Shown piece after piece: positions 16,400 through 39,726 of a stretch of 64,000 bases of DNA. Position numbers and translations under genes: made by a program. The notes beneath the pieces were generated by a model, which saw only the letters and a program-made list of their open reading frames with translations, made no database searches and had not been told where the DNA came from. Where the stretch lies: assembly GCF_009914755.1 (NCBI RefSeq), contig NC_060929.1. One strand, 5' to 3'. The number at the start of each line of letters is the position of its first letter. Positions within the stretch are counted from its first letter, which is position 1. Source of the stretch: the human T2T-CHM13v2.0 reference genome, Homo sapiens.

Positions 16400-17800
16400 A
16401 TAATTCTTTCTTCCTGGCTCAAAGGCTTCCAATACCTTCCTGTAGCCACAACGTAAAGGCCCAAATCCTAAGCTTAGCAATCAAGATGAATGCTCACTGG
16501 GTCAGGACCTAAGTACTCTATGCCCTGTATGCCTTTTCTACCCCAAATGAACCCTTTTACTTCTCCCACACGTCATGCTCATTAGGGCCTCTACAACATC
16601 TTTATCAGTTACTCCCACTCTCTAGTCCACCCAAACCACATCCTTCCTTTTTCCAACCACTTCTTCAAGATGTAGCTAATATTGTCCCTTTTTGGAAACC
16701 TTCCCCAACTATCCAGTTTGGAGGAAGCCCTCCCTTCTTTCAGCACATCTAGATTTCTTGAGAAATCTGTGGTTATTATTTAACTCTTCAAATGGCTAAT
16801 ATCCCCTGCTAGATGTAGCATCCTTGTAGGATGGGCTGTGCTTTTATTATCCCTGAATTTCCCATAGCACCTAGGACAGAGGCATACAGCAATCAGTCAG
16901 TATACTTTGATTCATTTCAAGAAATGCATTCTGAGTACCAACTCTGTATCAGAAACCATGCTAAGTGTTTCTGCCTGGGATCATACAGATAACTGAGAGG
17001 TGGCTCTAGTTTATAAATATATTTATTTCACCTTCAGACATAGCTAGGCCAGTCTCCATTTCCTCTGACTCTCCAAGGTTGGAAAACCTCCTTTTAATGA
17101 CAGACAATTCTCTATATCAGGCCTGACTCTTGACTTTATCACAACTCCCACTCCCACGTCACTTGCTTGAGATGTGCAGGGTCACAGATGTCAGCAATAT
17201 AACAGTCAACAACTCATACAAGGTAATCGCTTTTACTGAGTAAAAGAATAAACAATCAAGAATATTTCAGATATTGATAAATGCTTTGAAGAAAAAATAA
17301 AACATAAGAATGACTTAGTGATGGAATGGCTACTTTAGGTGTCAGGGAAGAATTCTCTGAAGAGGTGACAAGTGTACTTAGTCATCAATGAAAAAAAAGC
17401 ATTCATCATGAAAAGGAGCCCTCTAGGTACAGATACTAGCTACCGCAAAGGCCCTGAGGGAAACATATAGCATAGTTAAGGAGGAGAAATAAGGTCAGTA
17501 TGTCTAGAGCACAGTGAGCAAAGAGGAGAGCAGTAGGAGATGAGGGTGGAGAAGTATGCTGTGGGCTGCTTATACATATATACATAAGGCATGATAAGAA
17601 GCATAAGTGTGAGGGAAGTCATGAGAGGGCTTTTGGCTGGAAAATATTCCCTTTGGCTGCTGGGTGAACAATAAATTGTTGTTGGTAAAAGACGAGGCAA
17701 GAACACCAAGTAGGAACCTATGTCAATAGTCTAGAAAATGGATCACAGTAAACGTGGACTTGGGTTTTAGCAGTGGATATAGACACAAGCAAATGGATTA
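16400..17800. mobile_element. Degraded L2 fragments (plus about 16.4-16.9 kb, minus about 16.9-17.8 kb)
   Basis: L2-like phrases such as TCAGGGAAGAATTCTCTGAAGAGGTGAC and GCAAAGGCCCTGAGG. Confidence 0.55.
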
Positions 17801-18339
17801 AAATAGATGAGCAAAAATACATAAAATAAGAAATCAGAAGCAGTAATAGACAATGAAATCAGAGGACTATTTTGCTATGATAATACAGAATGAAGACAAA
17901 CATTCGTAACAATTTCTGGGCTGAATAACAGTTTACAAAATAACCAAAACAACAAGGAATAAAGAAAATTCAAGATAAAACTGATAAAACCATGATAATA
18001 ATGAACATCGTGAACGTATTTCTTTCATGAAGAAGACAGAGAAATTGACTATTATTAATAATTAATAAACTTGGCTTAAGAGAGACATTAAACACTATAG
18101 CCCATAAACATTGGCTATACATTACTCTTAAAAAGTCATAAAAACAACCTCAGCAAATTTCTCAAAGCAGAAATTTTATTGCCCATATTCTTTGACTGCA
18201 ATGCTATAAGAACAGAAATATTCTTTTACAAAAATCTCAATTTTTTAAAGTCACTAAATTGCAAATAAATAAAAGCAAACATCAATTGGCATTGTATACA
18301 GTAGAACATATGAAATAGATTATAGTAAAAAATTCTTAA

Positions 18340-21300
18340 GAGAGAGTTGGCAAGATGGCTGAATAGGAACAGCTCCGGTCTGCAGCTCCCAGCAAGATCG
18401 ATGCAGAAGGTGGGTGATTTCTGCATTTCCAACTGAGGTACCTGGTTCATCTCACTGGGACTGGGTGGACAGTGGGTGCAGCCCACGGAGGGCGAGCGGA
18501 AGCAGTTGGGGCATCGCCTCACCCAGGAAACGCAAGGGGTCAGGGAATTATCTCCCCTACCCAAGGGAAGCTGTGAGGGGCTGAGCCTGAGGAACAGTGC
18601 ACTCTGGCCCAGATACTGCACTTTTCCCACGGTCTTCACAACCCCCAGACCACGTGCCTATACCACCAGGGCCCTGGGTTTCAAGCACAAAACTGGGCAG
18701 CCATTCAGGAGACACTGAGTTAGCTGCAGGACTTTTTTTTTTCCATACCCCAGTGGCACCTGGAATGCCAGCGAGACAGAACCATTCACTCCCCTGGAAA
18801 GGGGGCTGAAGCCAGGAAGCCAAGTGGTTGGGCTTGGTGGGTCTCACCTCCATGGAGCCCAGCAAGCTAAGATCCACTGCCTTGAAATTCTCGCTGCCAG
18901 CACAGCAGTCTGAGGTCAACTTGGGATGCTTGAGCTTGGTGGGGGGAGGGGCATCCGCCATTGCTGAGGCTTGAGTAGGTGGTTTTACCCTCACAGTGTA
19001 AACAAAGCCACCTGGAAGTTCAAACTGGGTGGAGCCCACTGCAGCTCAGCAAGGCCACTGTGGCCAGACTGCCTCTCTAGATTCCTCCTCCCTGGGCAAG
19101 GCACCTCTGAAAAAAAGGCAGCAGCCCCAATCAGGGGCTTACAGATAAAACCCCCATCTCCCTGGGACAGAGCACCTGGAGGAAGAGGCGGCTGTGGGTG
19201 CAGCTTCATCAGACTTAAAAGTCCCTGCCTGACAGCTCTGAAGAGCACAGATCTCCCAGCACAGCATTTGAGCTTTGCTAAGGGTGAGACTGCCTCTTCA
19301 ACTGGCTCCCTGACCTCCATATATCCTAACTGGGAGAAACCTCCCAGTAGGGGCCAACAGACACCTCATACAGGAGAGCTCTGGCTGGCATCTGGCAGGT
19401 GCCCTTCTGGGATGAAGCTTCCCAAAGGAAGAGGCAGCAATCTTTGCTGTTCTGCAGCCTCCACTGGTGATACCCAGGAAAACAGGATCTGGAATGGACT
19501 TCCAGCAAACTACAGCAGACCTGCAGCAGAGGGCCCTGACTATTAGAAGGAAAACTAACAGAGACCCCATCCGAAGGTCACCTACATCAAAGACCAAAGG
19601 TAGATAAATCCACAAAGATGGGGAGAAACCAGTGCAAAAACGCTGAAAATTCCAAAAACCAAAAAACCTCTTCTCCAAAGCATCACAACTCCTCGCCAGC
19701 AAGAGAAAAAAACTGGAAAGAGAATGAGTTCGATGAATTGACAAAAGTAGGTTTCAGAAGGTGGGTAATAACAAACTCATCTGAGCTAAAGGAGCATGTT
19801 CTAACCCAATGCAAGGAAGCTAAGAACCTTGAAAAAAGGTTAGATGAATTGCTGACTAGAATAACCAGTTTAGAGAAGAACATAACGTGATGGAGCTGAA
19901 AAACACAGCACAAGAACTTCATGAGGCATACACAAGTATCAATAGCTGAATCAGTCAAGCAGAAGAAAGGATATTAGAAATTGGAGATCAACTTAACGAA
20001 ATAAAGCGAGAAGACAAGATCGGAGAAAAAAGAATAAAAAGGAACGAACAAAGCCTCCGAGAAATATGGGACTATGTGAAAGGACCAAACCTATGTTTGA
20101 TTGGTGTACCTGAAAGTAATGGGGAGAATGGAACCAAGTTGGAAAACACACTTCAGGATATTATCCAGGAGAACTTCCCCAACCTAGCAAGACAGGTCAA
20201 CATTAAAATTCAGGAAATACAGAGAACACCACAAAGATACTCCTTGAGAAGAGCAACTCCAAGACACATAATCATTAGATTCACCAAGGTTGAAATGAAG
20301 GAAAAAATGTTAAGGGCAGCCAGAGAGAAAGGTCGGGTTACCCACAAAGGGAAGCCCATCAGACTAACAGCAGATCACTCTGCAGAAACCCTAGAAGCCA
20401 GAAGAGAGTCAGGGCTAAAATTCAACATTCTTAAAGAAAAGATTTTTCAACCCAGAATTTCATATCAAGCCAAACTAAGTTTCATAAGTGAAGGAGAAAT
20501 AAAATCCTTGAGAGACAAGCAAATGCTGAGTATGTTGTCACCACCAGGCCTGCCTTACCAGAGCTCCTGAAGGAAGACTAAACATGGAAAGGAACAACTG
20601 GTACCAGCCACTGCAAAAACATACCAAATTGTAAAGATCATTGACACTATGAAGAAACTGCATCAACTAACAGGCAAAATAACCAGCTAGTATCATAATG
20701 ACAGGATCAAATTAACACATAACAATATTAACCTTAAATGTAAACTGGCTAAATGCCCCAGTGAAAAGACAGACTGGCAAATTGGGTAATGAGTCAAGAC
20801 CCATCAGTGTGCTGTATTCAGGAGACCCATCTCATGTGAAAAGACACACATAGGCTCAAAATAAAGGGATGGAGGAATATTTATCAAGCAAATGGAAAGC
20901 AAAAAAAGCAGGAGTTGCAATCCTAGTCTCTAATAAAACATACTTTAAACCAACAAAGATCAAAAAAGACAAAGAAGGGCATTACATAATGGTAAAGGGA
21001 TCAATGCAACAAGAAAAGCTAACTATCCTAAATGTATATGCACCCAATACAAGAGCACCCAGATTCATAAAACAAGTTCTTAAGATCTACAAAGAGACTT
21101 AAGACTGCCACACAATAATAATGGGAGACTTTAACACCCCACCATCAATATTAGAAGGATCAATGAGACAGTAAATTCACAAGGATATTCAGGACTTAAA
21201 CTCAGCTCTGGACCAAGTGGACATAAAAGACATCAGAACTCTCCACCCCAAATCAACAAATTATACATTCTTCTCAGCACCACATTGCACTAGTTCTAAA

Positions 21301-24300
21301 ATTGACCACATAATTGGAAGTAAAACACTCCTCAGCAAATGCAAAAGAACAGAAATCATAACAAACAGTTTCTCGATACCACAGTGCAATCAAATTAGGA
21401 CTCAGGATTAAGAAACTCACTGAAAACCATACAACTACATGGAAACTGAACAACCTGCTCCTGAATGACTACTGGGTAAATAACGAAATTAAGGCAGAAA
21501 TGAAGATGTTCTTTGAAACCAATGAAAACAAAGACACAACGTACAGAATCCCTGGGACACATTTAAAGCAGTGTTTAGAGGAAAATTTATAGCACTAAAT
21601 GCCCACAAGAGAAAGCAGGAAATATCTAAAATCTCCATCCTAACATCAAAATTAAAACTAGAGAAGCAAGAGTAAACAAATTCAAAAGCTAGCAGAAGAC
21701 AAGAAATAACTAAGATCAGAGCAGATTGGAAGGAGATAGAGACATGAAAAACCCTTCAAAAAATCCATGAATCCAGGAGGTGGTTTTTTGAAAAGATCAA
21801 TAAAATAGATAGACCGCTAGTCAGACTAATAAAGAAGAAAGGAGAGAAGAATCAAATAGACACGCTAAAACATGGTAAAGAGGATATCCCCACTGATCCC
21901 ACGAAAATACAAATAAACTAGAAATCTAAATACACCAGAAAATTGAGAAGAAATGGATAAATTCCTGGACACATACACCCACCCAAGACTAAACCAGGAA
22001 GAAGTCAAATCCCTGAATAGACCAATAACAGGCTCTGAAATTGAGGCAGTAATTAATAGCCTACCAACCAAAAAAAGCCCAGGACCAGACAGATTCACAG
22101 ACAAATTCTACCAGAGGTACAAAGAGGAGCTGGTACTATTCCTTCTGAAACTATTCCAAACAAGAGAAAAAGAGGGAATCCCCCCTAACTCATTTTATGA
22201 GGCCAGCATCATCCTGATACCAAAACCTGGTGGAGACAGGCCAGGCTTTGGTATTCAGAAAATTTCAGGCTAATATCCCTGATGAACATCAATGCGAAAA
22301 CCCTCAATAAAATACTGGCAAACCAAATCTAGCAGCACATCAGAAAGGTTATCCACCACAATCAACTCGGCTTCATTTCTGGGATGCAAGGCTGGTTCAA
22401 CATACACAAATCCATAAGTGTAATCCATCACATAAACAGAACCAATGACAAAAACCACATGATTATCTCAATAGATGCAGAAAAGGCCTTTGACAAAATT
22501 CAACACCTCTTCATGTTAAAAACTCTTAATAAACTAGGTATTCATGGAACATATCTCAAAATAATAAGAGCTATTTATGACAAACCCACAGCCAATATCA
22601 TACTGAATGGGCAAAAGCTGGAAGCATTTCCTTTGAAAACCAGCACAAGACAAGGATGGCCTCTCTCGCCACTCCTATTCAACATAATAATATTGGAAGT
22701 TCTGGCCAGGGCAATCGGGCAAGAGAAAGAAATAAAGGGTATTCAAACAGGAAAAGAGGAAGTCAAATTGTCTCTGTTTACAGATGACATGATTCTATAT
22801 TTAGAAAATCCCATTGTCTCAGCTCAAAATCTTCTTAAGCTGATAAGCAACTTCAGCAAAGTCTCAGGATACAAAATCAATGTGCAAAAATCACAAGGAT
22901 TCTTATACACCAATAACAGACAAACAGAGAACCAAATCATGCGTGAACTCCCAGTCAAAATTGCTACAAAGAGAATAAAATACCTAGGAATACAACTTAC
23001 AAGGGATGAGAAGGATCTCTTCAAGAACTACAAACCACTGATCAAGAAAATAAGAGAGGACACAAACAAATGGAAAGACATTCTATGCTCATGAATAGGA
23101 AGAATCAATATCATGAAAATGGCATACTGCCCAAAGTAATTAACAGATTCAGTGCTATCCCCATCAAGTTACCATTGACTTTCTTCACAGATTTGGTAAA
23201 AACTGCTTTAGCTTTCATGTGGAACCTAAAAAAAGACTGCATAGCCAAGACAATCCTAAGTAAAAAGTACAAAGTTGGGGGCATCATGCTACCTGACTTC
23301 AAACTATACTACAAGGCTATAGTAACCAAAACATGGTAATGGTACCAAAACAGATACATAGACCAATGGAACAGAACAGAGACCTCAAAAATAACACCAC
23401 ATATGTACAACCATCTGATCTTTGACAAACCTGACAAAAACAAGAAATGGGGAAACGATTCCCTATTTAATAAATGGTGTTGGGAAAATTGGCTAGCTAT
23501 ATGCAGAAAACTGAAACTGAGCCCCTTCCTTACACCTTACACAAAAATTAACTCAAGATGGATTAAAGACTTAAATGGAAAACGCAAAATCATAAAAACC
23601 CCAGAAGAAAACCTAGGCAATACCATTCAGGACATAGGCATGGACAAAGACTTCATGATTAAAACACCAAAAGTAATGGCAACAAAAGCCAAAATTGACA
23701 AATGGGATCTAATTAAACTAAAGAGCTTCTGCACAGAAAAAAAAACTATCGTCAGAGTGAACAGGCAACCTGCAGAATGGGAGAAAATGTTTGCAATCTA
23801 TCCATCTGACAAAGGGCTAATATCCAGAATCTACAAGGAACTTAAACAAATTTACAAGAAAAAAACCAACCCCATCAAAAAGTGGGCAAAGGATATGAAC
23901 AGACACTTCTCAAAAGAAGACATTTATGCACCCAACAAACATACGAAAAAAAGCTCATCATCACTGGTCATTACAGAAATGCAAATCGAAATCACAATGA
24001 GATACCCATCTCACGCCAGTTAGAATGGCAATCATTAAAAAGTCTGGAAACAACAGATGCTGGAGAGGATGTGGAGAAATAGTAACACTTTTACAGTGTT
24101 GGTGGGAGTGTAAATTAGTTTAGCCATTGTGGAAGACAATGTGGTGATTCCTCAAGGATCTAGAACCAGAACTACTATTTGACCCAGCAATCCCATTACT
24201 GGGTATATACCCAAAAGATTATAAATCATTGTACTATGAAGACACATGCACACGTATGTTTATTTGCGGCACTGTACACAACAGCAAAGACTTGGAACCA

Positions 24301-24702
24301 ACCCAAATGCCCATCAGTGATATACTGGATAAAGAAAATGTGGCACATATACACCATGGAATACTATGCAGCCATAAAAAACGATGAGTCCTTTGCAAGG
24401 ACATGGATGAAGCTGGAAACCATCATTCTCAGCAAAATTAACACAGGAACTGAAAACCAAACACTGCATGTTCTCACTCATAAGTGGGAGTTGAACAATG
24501 AGAACACATGGACACAGGGAGGGGAATATCACACCTCAGGGCCTGTCGGGAAGTTGGGGGCTAGGGGAGGGATAGTATTAGGGGAAATAACTAATGTAGA
24601 TGACAGGTTCATGGGTGCAGTAAACCACCATGGCACGTGTATACCTATGTAACAAAACTGCACATTCTGCACAGATACCCCAGAACTTAAAGTATAAATT
24701 AA
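18340..24702 (+). mobile_element. Full-length inactive L1PA7-like element, 'copy B'
   Basis: 5'UTR (CAAGATGGCTGAATAGGAACAGCTCC), broken ORF1 (from 19618) and ORF2, L1PA7-type 3'UTR. TSD AAAAAATTCTTAA at 18327-18339 and 24703-24715. Confidence 0.97.
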
Positions 24703-24834
24703 AAAAAATTCTTAAAACACAAAGAAATTGCAGGATGTGGAAAGCTGGGATGAGTATTACATCCTAACAGCAACAATAGCCAGATAAACTACAAAATCAT
24801 AACTTTTCCTAAACTCATTAGAGAACTGAGATCA

Positions 24835-25220
<386 letters not shown>

Positions 25221-25291
25221 TCATCTGTGGCAGAACACAAAAGGAAGAAACACTGGGCAACATAGAAGCAGGTAAAAATAATTTCTGTGGG

Positions 25292-31720
<6,429 letters not shown>

Positions 31721-31995
31721 TTAAAAAAAAAAATTACTAAAGGCAAATTGTGGGCTAATGTGTGAATATGAAATTCCTGGGAGTCACAGACACAAGAAAA
31801 ATTCACACCTCTCTCATACATTTTTCTCCACAGACCTTTACTGGATGCTCACAAGAAAGACTGGCTCTCCATGTCTGGAGATTTCCTGGTGATCCTGATC
31901 CCCTCTCTGAGACAGCCAAACTTTTCCTTGTTTCTTTGATGGATCTTGACCTGGAAAGAACATTCTACCCTTCCAACAGTGGTAGAACACCTCAT

Positions 31996-32312
31996 GGCCA
32001 GGTGCGATAGCTCACACCTGTAATCTCAACACTTTGGGAGGCTGAAGTGGGTGGATCACTTGAGGTCAGGAGTTTGAGACAAGCCTGGCCAACATGGCAA
32101 AACCCCTTCTCTACTAAAAATACAAAAATTAGTTGGGCATAGTGGCACATGCCTGTAATCCCCTCTACTCAGGAGCTGAGGCAGGAGAATTGCTTGAACC
32201 CAGGAGGCAGAAGTTGCAGTGAGCTGAGATCGCACCACTGCACTCCAGCCTGGGTGACAGAACAAGACTCTGTCTCAAAACAAACAAACAAACAAACAAA
32301 CAAACCAATAAC
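31996..32312 (+). mobile_element. AluS with (AAAC)n tail
   Basis: Dimeric Alu; tail AAAACAAACAAAC... Confidence 0.95.
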
Positions 32313-32784
32313 AAAAACCTCTAATGAACTTGGGCCAGACCATTTCCTGCCCTTCCCACAGGCTGACAGAACTTTTAGCCTGTCTAATAGTGAGGCTGGA
32401 CCAGGACAGTAGAGAGTCCTCACTGGTCCCCATCACTGGACTAGCAAGCATGAGTAACAAGGAACAGGAGACCACTGCTGGACAAGGGGCAAGCATGCAT
32501 CAAGAAACATCCCTCCAAGGTACAGGTCCACTGGGAATTCTGAAAGCTGCAAGTAAAGCAGGAACATTTTAAGAAAACAAAACAAAAAACCTCTGGAAAC
32601 CCAGCCTCTACTCTAAGCACAATGCTTTGAAGTTGGAGGTACACTGAAAGCAACCACAAAAACAAAAACAAAAAAATCCCAAACCCACACCACATCCTAA
32701 TAAACTGACTCAACTCCACTTTTCTTCTGGACATGTACACAACTCTTCTCCTAAGCCTTAAAATTCCAGAGGAAGGAAGTAGAT

Positions 32785-32927
32785 TTTAATTTTTCTTTTT
32801 AAAAATTTTTTTTATTATACTTTAAGTTCTGGGATACATGTGCAGAACGTGCAGGTTTGTTACATAGGTATACACATGCCATGATGGTTTGCTGCACCCA
32901 TCAACCCGTCATCTATATTAGGTATTT
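32785..32927 (-). mobile_element. Very short 5'-truncated L1PA7-like 3' end
   Basis: Poly-T plus 3'UTR terminus; TSD GAAGTAGAT at 32776-32784 and 32928-32936. Confidence 0.9.
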
Positions 32928-33032
32928 GAAGTAGATATTTTTTAAAGAAGAAATATTTAAAGAGAAATTAGCCAAGAATCTTCAGAAAATAATGAAAGAT
33001 ACAAACTACAGATCCAAGAAGCTCAGAGAGAT

Positions 33033-33208
33033 GATTGGGCATAGTGGCTCATGCCTGTAATCCCAGGTGGGAGGATCGCTTGAAACCAGGAGTTCAACAC
33101 CAGTCTGGACAACACAGCAAGACCCTGTCTCTAAAATAAATAAATATATAAAAAATATACATTTAAATATATATTAAATATATATATATGTATTTTTTAA
33201 AAAAATAA
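33033..33208 (+). mobile_element. Alu monomer (FLAM/AluJ left arm) with (TA)-rich tail, inside an old L1M ORF1 region
   Basis: GGGCATAGTGGCTCATGCCTGTAATCCCAG...GACCCTGTCTCT followed by AT-rich low complexity. Confidence 0.8.
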
Positions 33209-33701
33209 ACTCAGAGGTCACAATCAGGATAAATACCCCACCACCACCACTAAAAGAAATCACGCTTAGAAAGATACGTTATATTTAAACTGCTGAAAAC
33301 CAAAAACAAATAGAAAATCTTAAACATGACAAGATAAAAAGAAACATTACACACAGATAAACAAGATAAGAATTACAGCAGACATATTCAGAAATTATAT
33401 AATCCAGAAGACAATGGTGTGAGATCTTTAAAGGAATAAAAGAAAAAAAATTGCTATCAACCCAGAATTCTACACCAAGTGAAATAATCTTTTAAACTGA
33501 AGGGGAAAAAATCTTTTAAAAAACAGCAGTTTTAGGTTCACAGCAAAATTAAGCAGGAAGTACAGACTCCTCATCTATCCATGCCCCTACACATGCATAA
33601 ACATCCCCACTATTGATGTACTGCGTCACAGTGGTACATGTGTTAGATCAATGAACCTACATTGTCACATAATTATCACCCCAGGTCCACAGTTTATATT
33701 A

Positions 33702-33986
<285 letters not shown>

Positions 33987-35738
33987 TTAGCAATATGCAT
34001 TTAAGGTTCCTCCATGTCTTTTTATAGCTTGATAGTGCATTTCCTTTTAGCACTGAACAATATTTCATTGCCTGGATGTATCAGTTTATTTACCCATCCA
34101 TCCTTCCAAACCTGGAAGCAAGACATCTTGGTTGCTTCCAGGTTTTCGCAACTATGAAGAAAGCTGCTATAAACAGCTGTATGCAGCTGTTCTGGGTGAA
34201 CATAAGTTTTTAACTTATTTGGGTAAATTCTAAGGAGTGCAAGGGCTGGATCATGTGCTAAGAGCATGTTTAGTTTGGTAAGAGACAGCCAAACTGCCTT
34301 CCAGAGTGACTGTGAAGTGTTTACTGATATAGTTTGATCTGCCATATCTGTTACTATTTTCTATTTGTTGCCTTTGTTCTTTGTTCCTATTTCTGTCTTC
34401 CACTCTTTTTCTGCCTTCCGTGGTTTTAATTGAGCATTTTATATGATTCCATTTTCTCTCTTTTCTTAGCATACCAATTATACTTCTTTTTCTTACTTTT
34501 TAAAGTGGTTGCCCTAGAGTTTGAAATATGCATTTATAACTAACCCCAATCCATTTTCAAATAATACTATACCACTTCCCATACAGTGCAAGTACCTAAT
34601 AACCAAGTATTTCTAATTCTCCCTCCCATCCCTTGCATCACTGCTGTCATTCATTTCACTTATTCATAAGCACACATAAATGTGTATATTTATATACACA
34701 CACAAAATTGAATGCATTGTTAATATTGTTAAACAAACTGTTATCAGTTACATCAATTAAGAATAAGAAAAATGTGTTTATTTTATATTTACTTACTCCT
34801 TCTCTGATGCTTTCTTTATATAGATCTGAGATTCTGACCTATATCATTTTCCTTCTCCCTGAACAACTTCTTTTAAACATTTCTTACAAGGAAGATCTAC
34901 TGGCAACAATTTCATTCAGTTTTTGTTTATCTGAGAAAGTCTTTATCTCATCTTCACTTTTGAAGGATAATTTTGCAGGGACAGAATTGTAGGTTGGTGG
35001 GGTTTTTTTTTTTTCTCTCAATGCTTTGATTTTTCACTCCAATTTTTTCTTGCTTGCATGATTTCTCAGGAGGAGAAATATTTCTTATCTTTGCTCCTTT
35101 ATAGATAAGATTCCCCCCTCCACCCCCGGCTTTCTTTCAAGATTTTTTTTCTTTATCTGAAAATTTCTGCAGTTTTAATACGATATGCCTAGGTATAGTT
35201 TTTCATTTTTGGGGCTTTTTAAAATTTTATCCTATTTGGTGTTCTCTGATTCTTAGATCTGTGGTTTGATGTCTGACATTAATTTGAGGAAAATTATTTC
35301 CTTACTGCTTCAAATATTGCTTCTGTTCCTTTCTCAGTTTCTTCTCCAATACTATCATTATATGTACTTACATTTTTGTGGTTGTCTTACAGTTCTTGGA
35401 TATTCTGTTTTTTAAAGTTTTATTTCCTCTTTGCCTTTCATTTTGGGAAATTTCTATTGACATATCTTAAGTCTCACTGTTTCTTTCCTCATCTGTGTCC
35501 AGTATACTGATGAGCTTAACCAAAGGTATTCTTAATTTCAGTTACTATGTTTTTATTTCCAGCATCTTCATTTGATTTAAATCTTTCTTAGAGTTTGCAT
35601 TTCTCTGCTTACATTACTCATCTGTTCTTGCATGTTACCTACTTTTTCTATTAGTGCCCTTGGCATATTAATCATAGTTGTTTAAAATTCCCAGTCTGAT
35701 AATTCTCACATCCTTGCCACATATGGGTCTGATTCTGA

Positions 35739-36171
<433 letters not shown>

Positions 36172-37257
36172 TAGTGGTAAGATATGGAGGGCAGGGAAGT
36201 GTTCCATAGTCCTATGATTAGATCTCAGTCTTCTGGTGAGCCTGTGTTGCTAGACAATGAACTTCACCAGTCGTTTTCAGCTTTTTATCCCCCCTTTAAA
36301 TGGGAAAGGATAGCCAGAGGGGGCTGGAGTTATTTCCCTTGCCCCAGATGGGTCGAGCTCTTACAAAACTTCAGCAGGTTAGGCTCAGGTCTGGTCAAGA
36401 ACAGAATGCTCTTGACATATTACAAAAACGTTCCTTTTTCCTCCCCCTGCTGGAAGCATAAGGAGATTTTTCTCCAATCTTCACATAAAACTTACAGAAG
36501 TGTGAGGGATACCTGATGACTGGGATCCCCTGGGGTTTTTATTACTCAGGCTTGTCCACACTGAGCCTCCACAATTTGTCAACTATAGTTCAGGTTTTTC
36601 TATCCCGGTACTTCTTCTCATGGAGGTGAGTTTCCGCTCTGGTAAGTTGTGATTTTCTGTATCTGCCTGTTTTTCTCCCCAATTCTGGGGGCAGAAGTTT
36701 ACCTTGTGACCTCACCTCTCTTATAGATCTAAGAAGAGTTGTTAATTCTTCAGCTTGTTCAGTTTTTATTTGTTGTTAGGATGGAGTGGCAACTTTTTAA
36801 AACTCCTAACATGCTGGACTGGAAACTCAAATTCCTAAATATCTTTTCAGACAAATAAAAGCTGAGATAATTCATTATCCACAGACCTGCCCTACAAGAA
36901 CTTGAATCTACACAAAGTAATAAAGATGTCTGGGAATGGATAAATGAAGATAAACATAAAATACTTTTTCTTATTTTTAATTATCTAAAACATAATTGTC
37001 TAAAGCAAAAAATAGTAGCAGTGTGTTGGAATACAGCATATAATAAAGTGCATGAAAACTATAGCACAAAATTGGGAGGAAAAAATTAGGAGTATCATAA
37101 GGTTCTTAAACCTTATATATATTATACGTACTATTTGAAGGCTGACTGTGATTAATTAAAGGTGCATACTGTAAACTTAAGGACAACCACTAAAATTTTC
37201 TTAAAAGAGGTTATAAATAAGCCAATAAAGGAAGGAAAAAAACAGCATAAAAAATAG

Positions 37258-37656
37258 TCCAACAATGATAGACTGGATTAAGAAAATGTGGCACATATAC
37301 ACCATGGAATGCTATGCAGCCATAAAAAATGATGAGTTCATGTCCTTTGTAGGGACATGGATGAAGCTGGAAACCATCATTCTCAGCAAACTATCACAAG
37401 GACAAAAAATCCAAACACCGCATGTTCTCACTCGTAGGTGGGAATTGAACAATGAGAACGCATGGACAGAGGAAGGGGAACATCACACACCAGGGCCTGT
37501 TGTCGGGTAGGGGGAGAGGGGAGGGATAGCATTAGGAGATATACCTAATGTAAATGACGAGTTAATGGGGGCAGCACACCAACATGGCACATGTATACAT
37601 ATGTAACAAACCTGCACATTGTGCACATGTACCCTAAAACTTAAAGTATAATAAAA
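37258..37656 (+). mobile_element. 5'-truncated L1PA (L1PA5-like) 3' end
   Basis: ORF2 terminus MIDWIKKMWHIY..., 3'UTR and A tail; flanks AAAATAG. Confidence 0.92.
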
Positions 37657-38132
37657 GAAAATAGCCAATTCAAAAGCAGGCAGAAAAGGGGAAAAAAAGA
37701 ACAAAAAACAGATGGAACAAATAAAAAATAGCAAGAAAAATGACAGATTTTAGTCCAACTATATCAATAACTATATTAAGTATAAATGATCTAAACATAC
37801 AATATTAAAAGAGATTGTCCAATTGGATGAAAAAGCAAGGCATGATTATATGCTTTCTATAAGGAGCTCACTCTAAACATAAAGGCAAAGATGGGTTAAA
37901 AGTAAAATATGTCAAGAGAATAAAAAGAAAAGCCACAGACTGGGAGAAAATATTTGCAAAACACGTATCTGATAAAGGACTGTTATTAAAAATATATAAA
38001 GAACTCTCAAAACTCAACAATAAGAAAATAAATAACCCAACTTTAAAAATCGGCAAAAATATCTAAACAAACACACCTCATCAAAGATGATATACAAATG
38101 GCAAGTAAGTATATGAAAAGATGCTAAATATT

Positions 38133-38441
<309 letters not shown>

Positions 38442-39161
38442 TCATTAGGGAATTGCAAATTAAAACACCAATGAGATATCACTATGCATCTGTCAGAATG
38501 ATGAAAATCCAAAACACAGGCAACACCAAATATTGGTGAGGACATATAGCTATAGAAACTCTTATACACTGTTGGTAGGAATGCAAAATGCTATAGCCAT
38601 TTTGGAAGAGAGTTCAGCAGTTTCTTACAAAGCTAAACATAGTCTTACTATACAATCCAGCGATCATGCTGCTTGGTATTTACCCAAATCAGTTGAAAAT
38701 CCAAGTACACCCAAACACCTGCATACAAACGTTCACAGTAGCTTTATTCATAATTGCCAAAACCTGGATACAACCAAGACATCCTCCAATAGATGAATGG
38801 ATAAACAAACTGATACAGCCATACAATAAAATATTATTTGGCAATATAAGGAAATGAGCTATCAAGCCACAAAAAGACAGGGGGAAACCTTAAATGCATG
38901 TTGCTAAGTGAAAGAAACCAATCTGAGAAGGCTAAATAATGTATGACTCAAATTACATCACATTCTGGAAAAGGCAAAACTATACAGATGGTAGAAAGAC
39001 CAGTGGTTGCCAAGAGTTTGCGGGCAGAGGGAATGATGAATAAGTGGAGCACAGAACATTTTTTTGGCAATGAAATTATGCTGTATAAAACTGTAACGGT
39101 GGACACATGTCATACAATTGTCAAAATCTACAGAACTGTACAACACAAAGAGAGAACTCTA

Positions 39162-39459
<298 letters not shown>

Positions 39460-39726
39460 AATAATAATGTATCCATATTTGTGCATCACTTGTAATGAAC
39501 ACACCACGTGAAAGCAAGAAGTTAATAATAGGAGAAACTATATGGGGGTAGGGGATTATAGAAGCACTGTACTTTATGCTAAGTTTTTTGTAAACCTAAA
39601 ACTTCTTTTAAAAATGAAGTGCATTAATTTAATAAAAATAAAATGATGGAAAATGATATATTGTTGAAACATAAATCAAAAGAAAGCTAGAACAGCTATA
39701 TTAGTATCAAAAAAGGAGACTTCAGA

